Part shown: positions 38,008-47,564 of the stretch, in pieces
How the letters are laid out: every line of letters starts with the position of its first letter
Numbering within the stretch: position 1 is the stretch's first letter
Source: Sphingomonadales bacterium
GTDB taxonomy: Bacteria > Pseudomonadota > Alphaproteobacteria > Sphingomonadales > Sphingomonadaceae
Length of the DNA stretch: 64,000 nucleotides
Assembly (NCBI GenBank): GCA_038328515.1
Contig: JBBQMB010000001.1
Location: 2,044-66,043 of the forward strand
Reading direction: 5' to 3'
Position numbers and translations under genes: made by a program
Notes under the pieces: model-generated
Told to the model about the DNA's origin: nothing
The model's database searches: none
Seen by the model: only the letters and a program-made list of their open reading frames with translations

Positions 38008-39849
38008 ATGATGGCGGCTATTCGCAACTTCCTGCAGAGTGCTGCGCTGCTTGGTACCGCGCTCTGCCTCGCGATCAGCCCGGCAGCGGCGCAGCGCAAG
38101 CAACTGCTTGAATATCCGTCGATCCATTCGCCTGTGGTCGGTGAAAAGGGTATGGTGGTGTCGCAAAACGCCATTGCCGCCCAGACCGGTGCCAATATTC
38201 TGCGCCGTGGCGGCAATGCCGTGGATGCGGCCGTTGCGATGGGTTTCGTGCTTGCCGTCACCCTGCCGCGCGCGGGCAATATCGGCGGCGATGGCTTCAT
38301 GCTCGTCCATGATGCGGCAAGCGGCGCCGATGTGTTTCTCGATTTCCGCTCGGTGGCACCGCGCGCGGCAACACTGGCAATGTTCATGGACAACAAGGGC
38401 AGGGAATCGCCCATCGCCAGCCGCGGCTATCTGGCGCCATCGGTGCCTGGCACGGTCGCGGGGCTATATGCGGCGCACCAGCGTTTTGGCACGTTGCGCT
38501 GGGCGCAAGTCGTTGCGCCAGCGCTGGCGCTTGCCAAAAACGGCGTGGCGCTGACCCCGGACGAAGCCTTTGTCTTTGGTTGGGCGCGCGAACGGCTTGG
38601 CACCAGCAAGGCAGCCGCGGCGAGTTATTATCACGCCGATGGCTCGCTGTATCGCGCCGGCGACATCATGCGCCAGCCCGATCTCGCCTGGACGCTGGGG
38701 CAGATTGCCAGGCATGGTGCCGATGGTTTTTACAAAGGCCCGGTGGCGCAGCGCTTTGCCGCTGACATGCACGCCAATGGCGGCATCATCACCGAGGCTG
38801 ACCTTGCCGCCTACAAGCCGGTCTGGCGCCAGCCGCTGGTTGGCAGCTATCGCGGCTTGCAGGTCGTAACGGCGCCGCCCGCCAGTGCCGGCGGCGCGAC
38901 CTTGCTCAATATGCTCAATATTCTGGAAAATTTCGATCTCAAGGCGAGCGGGGCAGGGTCGGCGCAAACACTGCACCTGATGGCCGAGACGATGAAGCTG
39001 GGCTATGCTGATCGCTATCGCGTGCTGGGCGATACCGATTTCGTCACGGTGCCGCTGCGCGGCTTTATCGCCAAGGATTATGCCCGCATCCGGGCCGCAC
39101 AGATCGATCCGGCGCGGGCAAAGCCGGCAGCGGCGCTGGGGCCTGGCGACCCGTTGCGCTTTGAAAGCCCGTCGACGACGCATTTCTCGGTTGCCGATGC
39201 CCGCGGCAACGTCGTTTCGACCACCTACACACTGGGTTCTGATTTCGGTTCGGGCGTCATGATTGCCGGCACGGGCATCCTGCTCAATAACCAGATGAAC
39301 AATTTCAGCCATGAAGCTGCGGCCGCAGCGCTGCGCAATGGCACGCCGCCGCCGCTGAACGCCATGGTGCCGGGCAAGCGCATGCTGTCCACCATGATGC
39401 CGACGATCGTTTTCAAGGCCGGCAAGCCCTGGCTGGTCACCGGGACGCCGGGCGGCAGCACGATCATCGATACGGTGCTGCAAATGGTCGTCAATGTTGT
39501 GGATTTCGGGTTGAATATCGAAGAAGCGACGCATCAGCCGCGCATTTTTCAGGATGCCGGCGACAAATTGCGGGTCGAGCCTAATTTCAACCCCGATACG
39601 GTGCGCCTGCTCGCGGCCATGGGGCACCCGATAACGTCGGATGAAACCATGGGCAGCGCGCAATCGATCATGATCGAAAACGGGCTTTTCCTCGGTGGCG
39701 CCGATCCGCGCCGGCCCGGCGCGCTGGCGGTCGCTCCCGGATCGCAGCGCTGCGCCCCCATTTGGGGGTATTGCAGTCAACGTGAAAAAGCCTTTATTCT
39801 GAGCGCATCGCACCGGGGGGCCGCAATTGAAACAAGGCCCCGCCGTTAG
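38008..39849 (+). CDS. ggt: Gamma-glutamyltransferase
   Basis: It has a signal peptide, the autoprocessing site PSTTHFSVAD (nucleophile Thr), TGILLNNQM and GSTIID. A GGAGG Shine-Dalgarno lies 9 nt after the receptor stop. About 37 aa extend past the usual ADPRR...end of the family. Confidence 0.9.
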   Translation: MMAAIRNFLQSAALLGTALCLAISPAAAQRKQLLEYPSIHSPVVGEKGMVVSQNAIAAQTGANILRRGGNAVDAAVAMGFVLAVTLPRAGNIGGDGFMLVHDAASGADVFLDFRSVAPRAATLAMFMDNKGRESPIASRGYLAPSVPGTVAGLYAAHQRFGTLRWAQVVAPALALAKNGVALTPDEAFVFGWARERLGTSKAAAASYYHADGSLYRAGDIMRQPDLAWTLGQIARHGADGFYKGPVAQRFAADMHANGGIITEADLAAYKPVWRQPLVGSYRGLQVVTAPPASAGGATLLNMLNILENFDLKASGAGSAQTLHLMAETMKLGYADRYRVLGDTDFVTVPLRGFIAKDYARIRAAQIDPARAKPAAALGPGDPLRFESPSTTHFSVADARGNVVSTTYTLGSDFGSGVMIAGTGILLNNQMNNFSHEAAAAALRNGTPPPLNAMVPGKRMLSTMMPTIVFKAGKPWLVTGTPGGSTIIDTVLQMVVNVVDFGLNIEEATHQPRIFQDAGDKLRVEPNFNPDTVRLLAAMGHPITSDETMGSAQSIMIENGLFLGGADPRRPGALAVAPGSQRCAPIWGYCSQREKAFILSASHRGAAIETRPRR

Positions 39850-39869
39850 TGGGTTGCGTAGGGGAAAAC

Positions 39870-40781
39870 ATGTTCAAACACGATCTTAAACGCCATGGCC
39901 GCGTTGCATTTGCCGTTGCCACGTTTGCCGTTGCGGCGACGGCCGGTTCCGGGCTCGCCCCGGCGCGCGCTGCCGATGCCCCCGTCGATCTCACCCGGTG
40001 CGCCCGCCCTTATGGCAGCGTCGCGGTGGTCGATGGCGATAGCCAGGGCTGGACGGCGTATGGCTTGTCGAGCCCGCGCGGCCTGATCGCAGCGATGGCG
40101 GTCGAATCGGGTTGTTTCACGGTCCATGATCCGGCCAGCGGCGTTGCTGCCAGCTATCTCATGAACGTGGTCGCCGGCGACAAGGAAGAAATCGATCGTG
40201 GCACCGAATTGGCCAAGACCGCGATTACCGAAGGCTTGATCCGTTCGGGCGCCGCGGGCCAGGTGCTGGGCCGCGTGCCGATGGGCGGTGCGTTGATGGG
40301 CGCTTTTGGCGGCTTTGGCGGCAAGAAAAAGACGATCGCTGCCGGTATCCGCATGATCAGCCCGCAAACCGGCATGACCATCGTGACCGGCCAGGGCGCG
40401 GTTACCAAGACGGCGTTCAATTTCGGTGGCATCGGTGGCGGCCTCGCCTCGGCAGCGCAAGGCTCGGGCTATGGCGCCAGCAAGGATGGCCAGCAATTGA
40501 GCGCAGCGTTCATCATGGCGTTCAATTCGGTGATCGCACAGGGCTCGGCATTGACCCGGGCCACCCCGGTCGCCGCGCGGCCGAGTGCGCCGGCAACGCC
40601 GGGCGCGGTGATCGCAATCGATACCAGCATGCGCGAGACACCGACGAAATCGGGGGCGGTCGTGCGCAGCCTGCGCGCCGGCACGTCGCTCAAGCCGACC
40701 GGGCAACGCCAGGGGCTGTTTGTTGAAATGACGGACGATTTCGGTTCTAAGGGCTGGGTTTCGGTAGAGGATTTGAAGTAA
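39870..40781 (+). CDS. Secreted CsgG/HfaB-like domain protein with a C-terminal bacterial SH3 domain
   Basis: The signal peptide is AFAVATFAVAATAGSGLAPARA. The central region has a CsgG-like pattern (GSVAVVDGDSQGW..., GLIAAMAVESGCFTVHD, KKTIAAGIRMISPQTG). The C-terminus AIDTSMRETPTKSGAVVRSLRAGTSLKPTGQRQGLFVEMTDDFGSKGWVSVEDL is SH3_3-like. The CsgG call is a judgement from pattern memory. Confidence 0.6.
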   Translation: MFKHDLKRHGRVAFAVATFAVAATAGSGLAPARAADAPVDLTRCARPYGSVAVVDGDSQGWTAYGLSSPRGLIAAMAVESGCFTVHDPASGVAASYLMNVVAGDKEEIDRGTELAKTAITEGLIRSGAAGQVLGRVPMGGALMGAFGGFGGKKKTIAAGIRMISPQTGMTIVTGQGAVTKTAFNFGGIGGGLASAAQGSGYGASKDGQQLSAAFIMAFNSVIAQGSALTRATPVAARPSAPATPGAVIAIDTSMRETPTKSGAVVRSLRAGTSLKPTGQRQGLFVEMTDDFGSKGWVSVEDLK

Positions 40782-40863
40782 GCGGCAGCGCCGGAGCGGC
40801 AGCTTTGCCGGGCAACCGCACTCGCTGCTATTCACGTGCGCAAGCCTGCCGTATATCGATGCA

Positions 40864-42648
40864 ATGACATTTCTACCTACCGCGCATGCCGCCGGATCGA
40901 TCATTCTGGCGATATTCATGTTCTATGGTTTCGCCAGCGGCCGGGCGAAGGTTGAAATCATTTCGCTGATGACCATCGGCACGATTGCGCTTGGACTGTA
41001 TTTTTTCCCGCTGCCCGGTACGGACCCCAAGGACGGTCTCAAACTGGCGTTTGAAGGTTTTGGCCACTATGCGCTGATCACCATTTGTGCGTTGATGGTG
41101 ATGGGCAGGGGGCTGGTTGTCACCGGCGCGCTTGATCCGGCGGCGCGGGCGCTGACCAAAGTCTGGAAAATCAACCGGCAGTTCGGGCTTTTCGTCACGC
41201 TTGGCATGGCGATGCTGCTCAGCATGATGATCAACGATACACCGGTACTGGTGCTATTGTTGCCGATCATGGTGCGATTGGCGGCCAATGGCGGCATGCC
41301 GGCGTCCAAGACCTTGATGCCGATCAACGCCGCGCTGCTTATCGGTGGCATGGCCACCACGATCGGCACCTCGACCAATTTGCTGGTGATGTCGATCGCC
41401 AGCGATCTCGGCATGCCGGCGATGAGCGTTTTTCACTTCACCCCGATCGTGCTGTGCGCGGCGCTGGTGGCCTTTCCTTACATCTGGTTCGTCATGCCGC
41501 GGTTGCTGCCGGATAATTCGCGCGAAGCCGGTCATCCGGCGCGGCGCTTTCTCGCGACATTGCGCATCGGTGGCGATTCGGCGCTGGTTAAAAAATCGCT
41601 TGCCGAGGTGAAAGCGCAATTGCCCGAAGATATCGTCTTCGACAGCGATGAAAATGCGCCGATCCAGGCCAATGCGCGGATCGGTATTTCGGGAACGCAT
41701 GAATCGCTCGAACAGGCCATGCGCCTGCTTTCGGCGACGGCGGCACCGCGCTGGCTGGTCGACCGCATAAGGGCCGAAGCCAATCGTAATGGCAATGATG
41801 TGCATTTTGTCGAATTGGCGATTGCGATGGATTCGCGGCTGATCGGCCGGACGTTGCAAACCTCGGGGCTGCAGCATGTCGCGGTGATCGGTGTCGATCA
41901 GGCACGGCGGCTGCAATATGAAACGCGGGTCGGCACGGCCGAAGCGCCACTCGCCGAAGGTGATGTGTTGCTGGTGATGGGCACCGAGGCGAATGTGCAG
42001 GCCTTTGCGGTTGAAGCCGGCTTGCTGATGCTCGAAGGTGCCAAGGAAGTGCCGCGATCGGCAAAGGCGCTGCTGTCGATTGCGATCATGGGCGGTTCGG
42101 TGGCGCTGGCGAGTGTCGGGCTGCTGCCCATCGCGATTTCGGCGCTCGGCGGTGCGGTGCTGATGTTCGCCACCGGCTGCGTGAAATTCGATCGGGTCGG
42201 CCGCGCGCTTTCGGCCAAGGTCATTGTGCTGGTTGCCGCCAGCATCGCGATCGGCAAGCTTATCCTCGTCAGCGGCGCTGCCGACTGGCTGGGCCAGTTG
42301 CTGGCGTTGGGCTTGCAATTTCTGCCGGCCGCCGGCGTTTTGGCAGCGATCATGCTGTTCGTCACCATTCTCACCAACTTTGCCTCGAATGCGACAGCCG
42401 CAGCGGTCGGCACCCCCATTGCCTTCAGCCTGGCGACCAAATTGGGCATACCTACCGAACCGATGGTGCTTGCCGTGCTGTTTGGCTGCAACCTGTGCTA
42501 TGCGACGCCGGTTGCCTATCAGACCAACATGTTGATCATGGCCGAGGGCAATTATGTGTTCAAGGATTATATCCGCACCGGCGTGCCGCTGGTACTGCTG
42601 ATGATCGTCACACTGTCGACGCTTCTGGTCTGGTTCTACGGGATATAG
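40864..42648 (+). CDS. SLC13/DASS family permease with central TrkA-C domains
   Basis: The protein is 594 aa. Two polytopic halves flank a soluble region of about 180 aa with a TrkA-C-like sequence (ARIGISGTHESL..., IGRTLQTSGL...GDVLLVMG). Confidence 0.85.
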   Translation: MTFLPTAHAAGSIILAIFMFYGFASGRAKVEIISLMTIGTIALGLYFFPLPGTDPKDGLKLAFEGFGHYALITICALMVMGRGLVVTGALDPAARALTKVWKINRQFGLFVTLGMAMLLSMMINDTPVLVLLLPIMVRLAANGGMPASKTLMPINAALLIGGMATTIGTSTNLLVMSIASDLGMPAMSVFHFTPIVLCAALVAFPYIWFVMPRLLPDNSREAGHPARRFLATLRIGGDSALVKKSLAEVKAQLPEDIVFDSDENAPIQANARIGISGTHESLEQAMRLLSATAAPRWLVDRIRAEANRNGNDVHFVELAIAMDSRLIGRTLQTSGLQHVAVIGVDQARRLQYETRVGTAEAPLAEGDVLLVMGTEANVQAFAVEAGLLMLEGAKEVPRSAKALLSIAIMGGSVALASVGLLPIAISALGGAVLMFATGCVKFDRVGRALSAKVIVLVAASIAIGKLILVSGAADWLGQLLALGLQFLPAAGVLAAIMLFVTILTNFASNATAAAVGTPIAFSLATKLGIPTEPMVLAVLFGCNLCYATPVAYQTNMLIMAEGNYVFKDYIRTGVPLVLLMIVTLSTLLVWFYGI

Positions 42649-42673
42649 CGTCAGGGTTGATCGTGCCAAATCT

Positions 42674-42761
42674 GTCATCCCGGGCTTGAACCGGGACCCA
42701 GCTTGCCTTGGTTTCCGAAGCGCGCGTGAGGAACTGGGTCCCGGGTCAAGCCCGGGATGAC
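42674..42761. repeat. REP/MITE-like inverted repeat element, second full copy
   Basis: The arms are GTCATCCCGGGCTTGAACCGGGACC ... GGTCCCGGGTCAAGCCCGGGATGAC. They are nearly identical to those at 8964-9039, but the centre differs. The element lies in a convergent intergenic region. Confidence 0.8.
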
Positions 42762-42771
42762 AAGAATCGCT

Positions 42772-43671
42772 CTAATGCTTGCGCCCGAAATCGGGTTCTT
42801 CGGTATCCTGGCCTTCGTCGATGATCGAGCGGCGAATGTCACGCGTGCGGGTGAACAGCGCCTCCAGCGTATCGGCTTCACCCCAGCGGATGGCGCGTTG
42901 CAAGGCAACCAGATCTTCGGTGAAGCGGCCAAGGGTCTCCAGCACGGCGTCGCGATTGTTGAGAAACACGTCGCGCCACATCACCGGGTCGCTGGCAGCG
43001 ATACGGGTGAAATCGCGAAAGCCGCCGGCCGAATATTTGATGACTTCGCTGCGCGTCACGGTTTCCAGATCGCTGGCGGTGCCGACAATCGAATAGGCGA
43101 TAAGGTGGGGCAAATGGCTGGTAACCGCGAGCACCCGGTCGTGGTGGGCGGCGTCCATCAATTCGACCTTGGCGCCGAGGCGGGCCCAGAATGCCGCGAC
43201 CTTTTCGCTGTCGGGGCCGGGCACTGCCGGTGTCAGGATGCACCAGCGGTCGGTGAACAGGCTGGCAAAACCGGCATCCGGCCCGCTTTTCTCTGTCCCT
43301 GCCACCGGATGCCCCGGCACGATCGCCACGCCAGGCAGCGCCGCAGTCAGATCGGCGAGCACCTTGGCTTTGACTGACCCGACATCGGTGATGATGACGC
43401 CGGCTGGCAAATCACCTGCAATTTCGGCGGCAATCGTCCCCATCGCGCCGACTGGCACCGCCAGGATGACGAGTTCGGCATCAATGACCGCTGCACCCGC
43501 GGTTTCGGGCACGTCATCGGCGAGATCGAGCGCCAGTACCCGTTCGCGAACCCCGGCGTCGCCATCGGTAACCGTCAGATGGACCGTCGGCATCGCGGCG
43601 CGAATGGCGCGCGCGACCGATGATCCGATCAGCCCCATGCCGATGATGGTGACGCGGGCAAAGGGCAGCAT
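42772..43671 (-). CDS. Prephenate/arogenate (cyclohexadienyl) dehydrogenase
   Basis: The Rossmann N-terminus is VTIIGMGLIGSSVARA, and SHLPHLIAY and the GFRDFTRIA motif are present. The start overlaps the hisC stop as TGATG. Confidence 0.85.
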   Translation of the reverse strand: MLPFARVTIIGMGLIGSSVARAIRAAMPTVHLTVTDGDAGVRERVLALDLADDVPETAGAAVIDAELVILAVPVGAMGTIAAEIAGDLPAGVIITDVGSVKAKVLADLTAALPGVAIVPGHPVAGTEKSGPDAGFASLFTDRWCILTPAVPGPDSEKVAAFWARLGAKVELMDAAHHDRVLAVTSHLPHLIAYSIVGTASDLETVTRSEVIKYSAGGFRDFTRIAASDPVMWRDVFLNNRDAVLETLGRFTEDLVALQRAIRWGEADTLEALFTRTRDIRRSIIDEGQDTEEPDFGRKH

Positions 43672-44807
43672 CAGGCGTTGTCTTGCTTGTCGCCGACGCG
43701 ACAGGTCACGCGCTCGACAAAGCCCCGCAGCGACGCCATGGCAGCGCGGGTTTCAGCCTCGGTGCCAACCGAAATGCGCAGGCAATTCGGCATGTCCTGC
43801 ACCGCCAGATAGCGCGCTATGATGCCATCGCCGAGCAGCGCCTCATTCGCCGCCGCCGCCGTCACCGCGCCGCCTTCGGCAAATTCGACGAGCACGAAAT
43901 TCGCCGCCGAAGGGATGGCGCGCAGCCCGGCATTGCCCAGCGCGTTGATCTCGCCGGCCATCCAGGTCCGCCACTTGTTGGTGTGCCGCAACACCATATC
44001 GGCCCATTCGGTATCAGCCAGCGCCGCGATGGCGCCGGCCTGGCCGGTGGTCGTCACGTTGAACGGCCCCCGGATGCGGTGCAGCGCATTGATGACGTCC
44101 AGCGCGCCATAGGCCCAGCCGACCCGCTGCGCCGCCAGGCCGTGCAGCTTTGAAAAAGTGCGCAGCGCCACGACATTATCGAATTCGCTCGCCAGGGTGA
44201 TGCCATCGACATAATCACTATCGGCAAATTCGGCATAGGCGCCGTCGATGGCAAAGATGCAATCCGCCGGCAGCCCGGCATGGAGGCGACGCACCTCGGC
44301 AGCCGAAATCTGGGTGCCGGTCGGGTTATTGGGGTTGGCGAGATAGACCAGCCGGGTGCGCGGGGTTACCGCCGCCAGCATCGCATCGACATCACAGGCG
44401 TAATCATTGTCCGGCGCCACCACCGGCGTTGCGCCGACCCGCCGCGCGGCAAGTTCGTAAACGATGAAGCTGTGCCGCGCGAACAACACTTCATCGCCCA
44501 CCGACGCAAAGGCGCCGGCGAGCAGGTGCAGCAACTCATCGGAACCCGTGCCGCAGATGATGCGATCCGCCGCAATGCCATGTATGGCCGCCAATGCCTC
44601 GCGCAGCACCGTCGACGCCGGATCGGGGTAGCGATGGCCCTGCGCCACCACCGCCTGCATGGCGGCCACTGCGTGCGGTGACGGACCGAACGGGTTTTCA
44701 TTCGATGACAGCTTGGCAACCACGGGCACGTCGCCCAGCCCGGCCTTACCGGCGACATAGGGGTGAATCGCTTCGATCCACGGCTTCATTATGGGCGCAT
44801 TGGTCAT
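43671..44807 (-). CDS. hisC: Histidinol-phosphate aminotransferase
   Basis: Motifs LSSNENPFGPSP, NPNNPTG and the PLP lysine in RTFSKLHGLA are present. The first ATG is 44807, and the track start at 44876 is a GTG that would overlap metX. Confidence 0.85.
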   Translation of the reverse strand: MTNAPIMKPWIEAIHPYVAGKAGLGDVPVVAKLSSNENPFGPSPHAVAAMQAVVAQGHRYPDPASTVLREALAAIHGIAADRIICGTGSDELLHLLAGAFASVGDEVLFARHSFIVYELAARRVGATPVVAPDNDYACDVDAMLAAVTPRTRLVYLANPNNPTGTQISAAEVRRLHAGLPADCIFAIDGAYAEFADSDYVDGITLASEFDNVVALRTFSKLHGLAAQRVGWAYGALDVINALHRIRGPFNVTTTGQAGAIAALADTEWADMVLRHTNKWRTWMAGEINALGNAGLRAIPSAANFVLVEFAEGGAVTAAAANEALLGDGIIARYLAVQDMPNCLRISVGTEAETRAAMASLRGFVERVTCRVGDKQDNA

Positions 44808-44863
44808 GCCGCAGGCTCTAGGGCCGTGACAACGGCGGCGCAACACCGTAACGGGCGAACACC

Positions 44864-45991
44864 ATGTCTGCGACACTTCTCGCCCCTGATGACCAGCGCT
44901 TTGGCCTTGACCGGCGGGTCATGCTGCCGGGGCGGTTTGCGCTGGTCTCGGGCCAAAGCCTTGCGGCGCTCGAAATCGGTTATGAAACCTATGGTCGGCT
45001 CAATGCCGATGCCAGCAACGCCATCCTCATTTGCCACGCGCTGACCGGTGACCAGCATGTTGCCAGCGTGCACCCGCGCACCGGCAAGCCAGGCTGGTGG
45101 CCGCGCCTTGTCGGGCCGGGCCTGCCGATCGACCCCGATCGCCACTTCATCATCGCCTCGAACGTGCTCGGCGGTTGCAGCGGCTCGACCGGCCCCGGCA
45201 GCATCGATCCGGCGACCGGCCAGCGCTATGGCATGGCCTTTCCGCTCATCACCATCCGCGACATGGTTCGGGCACAAGCGCTGCTGCTCGATCATCTGGG
45301 GGTAGGGGTGCTGCAGGCGGTGGTCGGCGGCTCGATGGGCGGCATGCAGGCGCTCGATTGGGCGGTGGCGTTCCCGAGCCGGGTGCGCAACGTCATCGCC
45401 ATTGCCAGCGCGGCGCGCCATTCGGCGCAGAATATCGCCTTCCACGAAGTCGGGCGCCAGGCGATCATGGCTGACCCTAATTGGGCCGGCGGCGCCTATC
45501 CCGAAGATCGTCCGCCAGCCGCCGGGCTGGCAGTGGCGCGCATGGCGGCGCACATCACCTATCTGTCGGAAGCCGGGCTGACCGCCAAATTCGGGCGGCG
45601 TCTGCAAAATCAGGGCGTGGGCGTTGGTGATGCCGAATTCCAGGTTGAAAGCTATCTGCGCCACCAGGGGCTGGCGTTCACCGAGCGTTTTGACGCCAAT
45701 TCCTACCTCTATATCACCCGCGCGCTCGATTATTTCGATCTGGCTGAGCCGCATGGCGGGCAACTGGCGCTGGCCTTTGCCGGCACCAAGGCGCGCTTTG
45801 CGCTGATCAGTTTCAACACCGATTGGCTTTACCCCACGGCGGAATCGCGCCGCGTTGTCCGGGCGCTCAACGCCGCCGGGGCCGCGGTCAGCTTTGTCGA
45901 GCTCGAAAGCCCGTTCGGCCATGATGCGTTTTTGCTCGAAGCCCCCGAAATGAATCGGGTGGTGGACGGGTTTTTGAGGGCAGGGGAATGA
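44864..45991 (+). CDS. metX: Homoserine O-acetyltransferase
   Basis: Motifs [14 protein letters not shown] and the nucleophile elbow [10 protein letters not shown] are present, along with the C-terminal SPFGHDAFL. The protein is 375 aa. Confidence 0.95.
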   Translation: MSATLLAPDDQRFGLDRRVMLPGRFALVSGQSLAALEIGYETYGRLNADASNAILICHALTGDQHVASVHPRTGKPGWWPRLVGPGLPIDPDRHFIIASNVLGGCSGSTGPGSIDPATGQRYGMAFPLITIRDMVRAQALLLDHLGVGVLQAVVGGSMGGMQALDWAVAFPSRVRNVIAIASAARHSAQNIAFHEVGRQAIMADPNWAGGAYPEDRPPAAGLAVARMAAHITYLSEAGLTAKFGRRLQNQGVGVGDAEFQVESYLRHQGLAFTERFDANSYLYITRALDYFDLAEPHGGQLALAFAGTKARFALISFNTDWLYPTAESRRVVRALNAAGAAVSFVELESPFGHDAFLLEAPEMNRVVDGFLRAGE

Positions 45992-46575
45992 CCCTGCGCG
46001 CCGATCTTGCGGCCATCGCCGCTGCCGTGCCGGCCGGTGCGCGGGTGCTCGATATCGGCTGCGGTGATGGCGCGCTGCTGGCACATTTGCGCGATACCAA
46101 GGGCGTCGATGGCCGCGGCATCGATGTGTCGGCCGCCAATGTCGCCAGCGCCGTGGCGCGCGGACTCTCGGTCGTGCAGGGCGATGCCGATGCCGATCTG
46201 GCCGATTATCCCGATGCGGCGTTCGACATGGCGATATTGTCGGACACGCTGCAAGCCATGCAGCGGCCAGCGGCGGTGCTCGCCGAACTGGTGCGCATCG
46301 GCAAACGCGGCGTCGTCAGCTTCCCCAATTTCGGCCATTGGCGGGTGCGCGGTTCATTGGCCGTGGGCGGGCGCATGCCGGTGACCAAATCATTGCCGGT
46401 CAGTTGGCATGAAACGGCCAATATCCATTTTTGTACCATCGATGATTTTCGCGCCCTCGCCACCACCATGGGGCTGCGGGTTGAAAGCGCGGCCTTTTTG
46501 TCGGGCGGGCGCCGGCGCGGTAGCCCGCTGGCCAATCTGCTCGCCGAACAGGCGGTTTTCGTGCTCAGCCGCTAG
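45988..46575 (+). CDS. metW: Methionine biosynthesis protein MetW
   Basis: The motif [12 protein letters not shown] and the conserved C-terminal half PNFGHWRVR...[15 protein letters not shown] are present. The start forms an ATGA overlap with metX. Confidence 0.9.
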   Translation: MTLRADLAAIAAAVPAGARVLDIGCGDGALLAHLRDTKGVDGRGIDVSAANVASAVARGLSVVQGDADADLADYPDAAFDMAILSDTLQAMQRPAAVLAELVRIGKRGVVSFPNFGHWRVRGSLAVGGRMPVTKSLPVSWHETANIHFCTIDDFRALATTMGLRVESAAFLSGGRRRGSPLANLLAEQAVFVLSR

Positions 46576-46579
46576 CCTG

Positions 46580-46972
46580 ATGGCCCGCAACAGCCCGCCA
46601 ACCGACCCCGAACTCATCCGTTTCCTGCGCGATGAACTGGGCGAAAGCCCGCCCGGCGCCGGTACCTGGCAGCACACCAGCCCAATCTGGCTGTGGCGCG
46701 GCAAGGCCAAGGATGGCACGCCAACCAGCACGGCCTGGCACTTCATCACCATCGATGGCCCCGTCGCCGATGCCATTCGTGCTGCCGCGCCGGGGCGCAG
46801 CGCCGCCTGGGGCTCGGTTTATTGCCATGTCACGGTCGGCAAAACGGTCTGGCAGACCTCGGTTTTCCCGAGCAAGGACGTCAGCGGCTATCTGCTGCCG
46901 ATCAAGGCCAGCGTGCGGAAAGCCGAAAAACTGGCCGAAGGCGACACGGTAACGCTGACCATTACGCTATAG
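46580..46972 (+). CDS. DUF1905 domain protein
   Basis: The pattern WHFITIDGPVADAI...VTVGKTVWQTSVFPSKDVSGYLLPIKASVRKAEKLAEGDTVTLTI matches my memory of DUF1905. The ATG at 46580 lies just after the metW stop. Confidence 0.7.
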   Translation: MARNSPPTDPELIRFLRDELGESPPGAGTWQHTSPIWLWRGKAKDGTPTSTAWHFITIDGPVADAIRAAAPGRSAAWGSVYCHVTVGKTVWQTSVFPSKDVSGYLLPIKASVRKAEKLAEGDTVTLTITL

Positions 46973-46974
46973 CA

Positions 46975-47000
46975 GCCCCTCTCCCTTGAGGGGAGAGGGC
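46975..47000. terminator. GC-rich hairpin (CCCTCTCC-CTTGAG-GGAGAGGG) between convergent genes
   Basis: Read directly from the sequence, 3 nt after the DUF1905 stop and 7 nt before the convergent gene's stop. It has the typical CCCTCTCC/GGAGAGGG repeat flavour. There is no clear T-run. Confidence 0.45.
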
Positions 47001-47006
47001 GTTAAA

Positions 47007-47537
47007 TCACACCGCTGTTGCCGGCACACCAACCTCATCGACCCGCCCGATCAGCACCGGCCGCAGGCCATCGCGCTTGCCCACCAGCACGACATGATGA
47101 CGCTCGGGCAGGGTCTGCACCTGCCAATCGAGCACTTCGAACATCGCTTCATCGAGCCGCAGCGCCAGTGGCTCGCGCAACCAGCCATGTGCGAGCCCAT
47201 GCCAGGGCCGCCGCGCCCGCACGATCAACACGACCAGCCCGGCGGGGCTCAGCACCCGCCACAATTCGCGTAAGCTCAGCCGCGGCTGCACCAGCGGGCA
47301 CGACAATAACGCCTTGTCGAACATCGCTTCGGCAAAGGGCAGATGGTGCGGGTGGGCGCGCACCGTACCGGGGCGGATATCGTCGTCGGTTGTCGCCACG
47401 CACGCCACCCGCTCGAACCCGTCGAGCGGCAATGCCACCGCTGCCGGCGGCCGGCCCAGCACCAGCAGCCGGCAATGCCGCCCCCCGGCAAACAGCCGGT
47501 CGAGCGGCGGCGCTACGGCCGGTTGATCTGGCGCCAT
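47007..47537 (-). CDS. Methyltransferase-domain (type 11-like) protein with a degenerate SAM motif I
   Basis: The post-I region HLPFAEAMFDKALL...LRELWRVLSPAGLVVLIV resembles class I methyltransferases. The GxGxG position, however, reads LVLGRPP. Confidence 0.5.
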   Translation of the reverse strand: MAPDQPAVAPPLDRLFAGGRHCRLLVLGRPPAAVALPLDGFERVACVATTDDDIRPGTVRAHPHHLPFAEAMFDKALLSCPLVQPRLSLRELWRVLSPAGLVVLIVRARRPWHGLAHGWLREPLALRLDEAMFEVLDWQVQTLPERHHVVLVGKRDGLRPVLIGRVDEVGVPATAV

Positions 47538-47564
47538 GGCAACACCATCAGGCGCTGAATATTT

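Noticed and set aside
44808-44863. SAM-II (metA-type) riboswitch upstream of metX
   Set aside because: The hisC-metX spacer is only 56 bp and lacks the AAAGCU/pseudoknot-type conserved stretches. Only a trivial GCCG-N6-CGGC hairpin is present.
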